Shown piece after piece: positions 12,608 through 13,530 of a DNA stretch of 13,530 bases (the first letter of the stretch is position 1; each line of letters starts with the position of its first letter). The notes under the pieces are model-generated. The model was not told where the DNA came from. It saw nothing but the letters and a program-made list of their open reading frames with translations, and made no database searches. The position numbers were made by a program, and so were the translations under genes. Source of the stretch: a virus (lineage: Duplodnaviria > Heunggongvirae > Uroviricota > Caudoviricetes); the IMG/VR virus record IMGVR_UViG_3300044623_001231; one strand, written 5' to 3'.

Positions 12608-12850
12608 TTATTTTTTCAACCATAGGTTATATACATAATCATAAGAAGTTTCCAGCTCATCAGCAAGACCATCGAACAATCTCTCTCTCACCAAACTATC
12701 CCAAACACCAATGTATTCGTACACATCACCACCAACAATCAGCTGGTTCAATAACCCAGCAAAGGTTGCTGTTTCACTAAGTTCCATTCCTAATCCATCT
12801 GAATTACAATCTGATGGGAAATTCTCTAAATAAAATTCTTTAATCTTCAT
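12608..12850 (-). CDS. Hypothetical acidic phage protein
   Basis: 80-aa ORF, 3 nt after TAAACCCCTTA. Confidence 0.8.
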   Translation of the reverse strand: MKIKEFYLENFPSDCNSDGLGMELSETATFAGLLNQLIVGGDVYEYIGVWDSLVRERLFDGLADELETSYDYVYNLWLKK

Positions 12851-12861
12851 ATCTAAGGGGT

Positions 12862-13125
12862 TTAGTTTTTACGTTGTCCTAATTTTCGTGTACCATATTC
12901 AATGGTTACCTGAGTATATGCTACTTCGTTCTCAAACATATACTTGTCCATTGAAACACTACCTTCTCTGGTCCATCTTTCAATGGTTTCATTGTTTTGT
13001 AGTTTTAGAAAAACATCTTCAGCTACTGTAATAGATTCTCCTTTTTTAAGGTACGTTGTTTCGATATTGTGAGTGTACTCTTTAATATCCTGCTTTGCTA
13101 CTAAAATAAATTCTCTATGTATCAT
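12862..13125 (-). CDS. Hypothetical protein
   Basis: 87-aa ORF, 3 nt after TAATCCCCTTA. Confidence 0.8.
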   Translation of the reverse strand: MIHREFILVAKQDIKEYTHNIETTYLKKGESITVAEDVFLKLQNNETIERWTREGSVSMDKYMFENEVAYTQVTIEYGTRKLGQRKN

Positions 13126-13136
13126 ATCTAAGGGGA

Positions 13137-13403
13137 TTAATATTGAATCATTGAAACCGGTACGTTGTAAGAAGCATATCCACCAACCACTCTTAGGTTA
13201 GCTTTGGTTCGGTTAATCTTAACAACCTCCAACTCCCTACCCTGCAACTTAGGATGGTTTACTTTAACTTTCATACCAACTTCCAATCCTATTTTCTTTT
13301 CTAAGGATTCAATGGTACGTTTCTGTTTAATCAACTGAACAACCATTTGGTTGATACTTCTTAGCTCTTCTACTGATAACTTTGATAATTGTGAATAGTT
13401 CAT
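13137..13403 (-). CDS. Hypothetical protein: N-terminal helix plus a probable SH3/KOW-like barrel
   Basis: LEVGMKVKV...LEVVKINRTKANL...YNVPVSMI pattern. First gene after the promoter at 13452. Confidence 0.75.
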   Translation of the reverse strand: MNYSQLSKLSVEELRSINQMVVQLIKQKRTIESLEKKIGLEVGMKVKVNHPKLQGRELEVVKINRTKANLRVVGGYASYNVPVSMIQY

Positions 13404-13451
13404 CTTTTATATTTTAAGGGTTTAAATTAATCTCTCTCTCAATCTTATACT

Positions 13452-13501
13452 CAAATATACAAAAAAGAATTGGATTGCACAAGCTTTTTGCCATTTATTT
13501 T
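13452..13501 (-). promoter_or_regulatory. Bacteroidota-type sigma70 promoter
   Basis: -7 TATATTTG (13459-13452), 20-nt spacer, -33 CTTG (13483-13480), AAAATA at 13501-13496. Confidence 0.82.
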
Positions 13502-13530
13502 TCCATTTTGATAGACTTTTTTTCCACATT

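Noticed and set aside
1-13530. Alternative genetic code (TAG or TGA reassignment)
   Set aside because: Recognisable enzymes are intact under code 11, and TAG/TGA stops abut downstream starts (6281, 12306).

Overview
AT-rich segment of what is most likely a large tailed phage with a Bacteroidota host (inference from dense small ORFans, phage-type accessory genes and eight promoters matching the Bacteroidota -33 TTTG / -7 TAnnTTTG consensus). The left ~3 kb holds a 5'-truncated GT2 glycosyltransferase coupled to a PlcP/LpxH-type metallophosphoesterase, an HExxH metallopeptidase-like gene, and a stand-alone zinc-ribbon gene whose predicted mRNA ends are complementary. From 2960 to the end everything is on the minus strand, in eight short promoter-led units typical of an early/host-takeover region: mostly hypothetical proteins, a Methyltransf_24-type methyltransferase, an LPD29-like protein and several unlisted micro-membrane peptides. 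The best find is a tandem pair of 72-nt cloverleaf RNAs (8960-9031 and 8789-8860, minus strand). They carry tRNA-Gly identity elements and an ACC anticodon, show compensatory stem changes, and share a rewired D/T-loop core (T-loop GGCGGYU). Also notable are a ~830-bp repeat- and hairpin-rich non-coding island (7501-8328), a four-tract G4 motif (4582-4614) and a conserved UUUAAACCC(C)UUA translation-leader motif. All family calls come from motif recognition by eye, with no database searches run.
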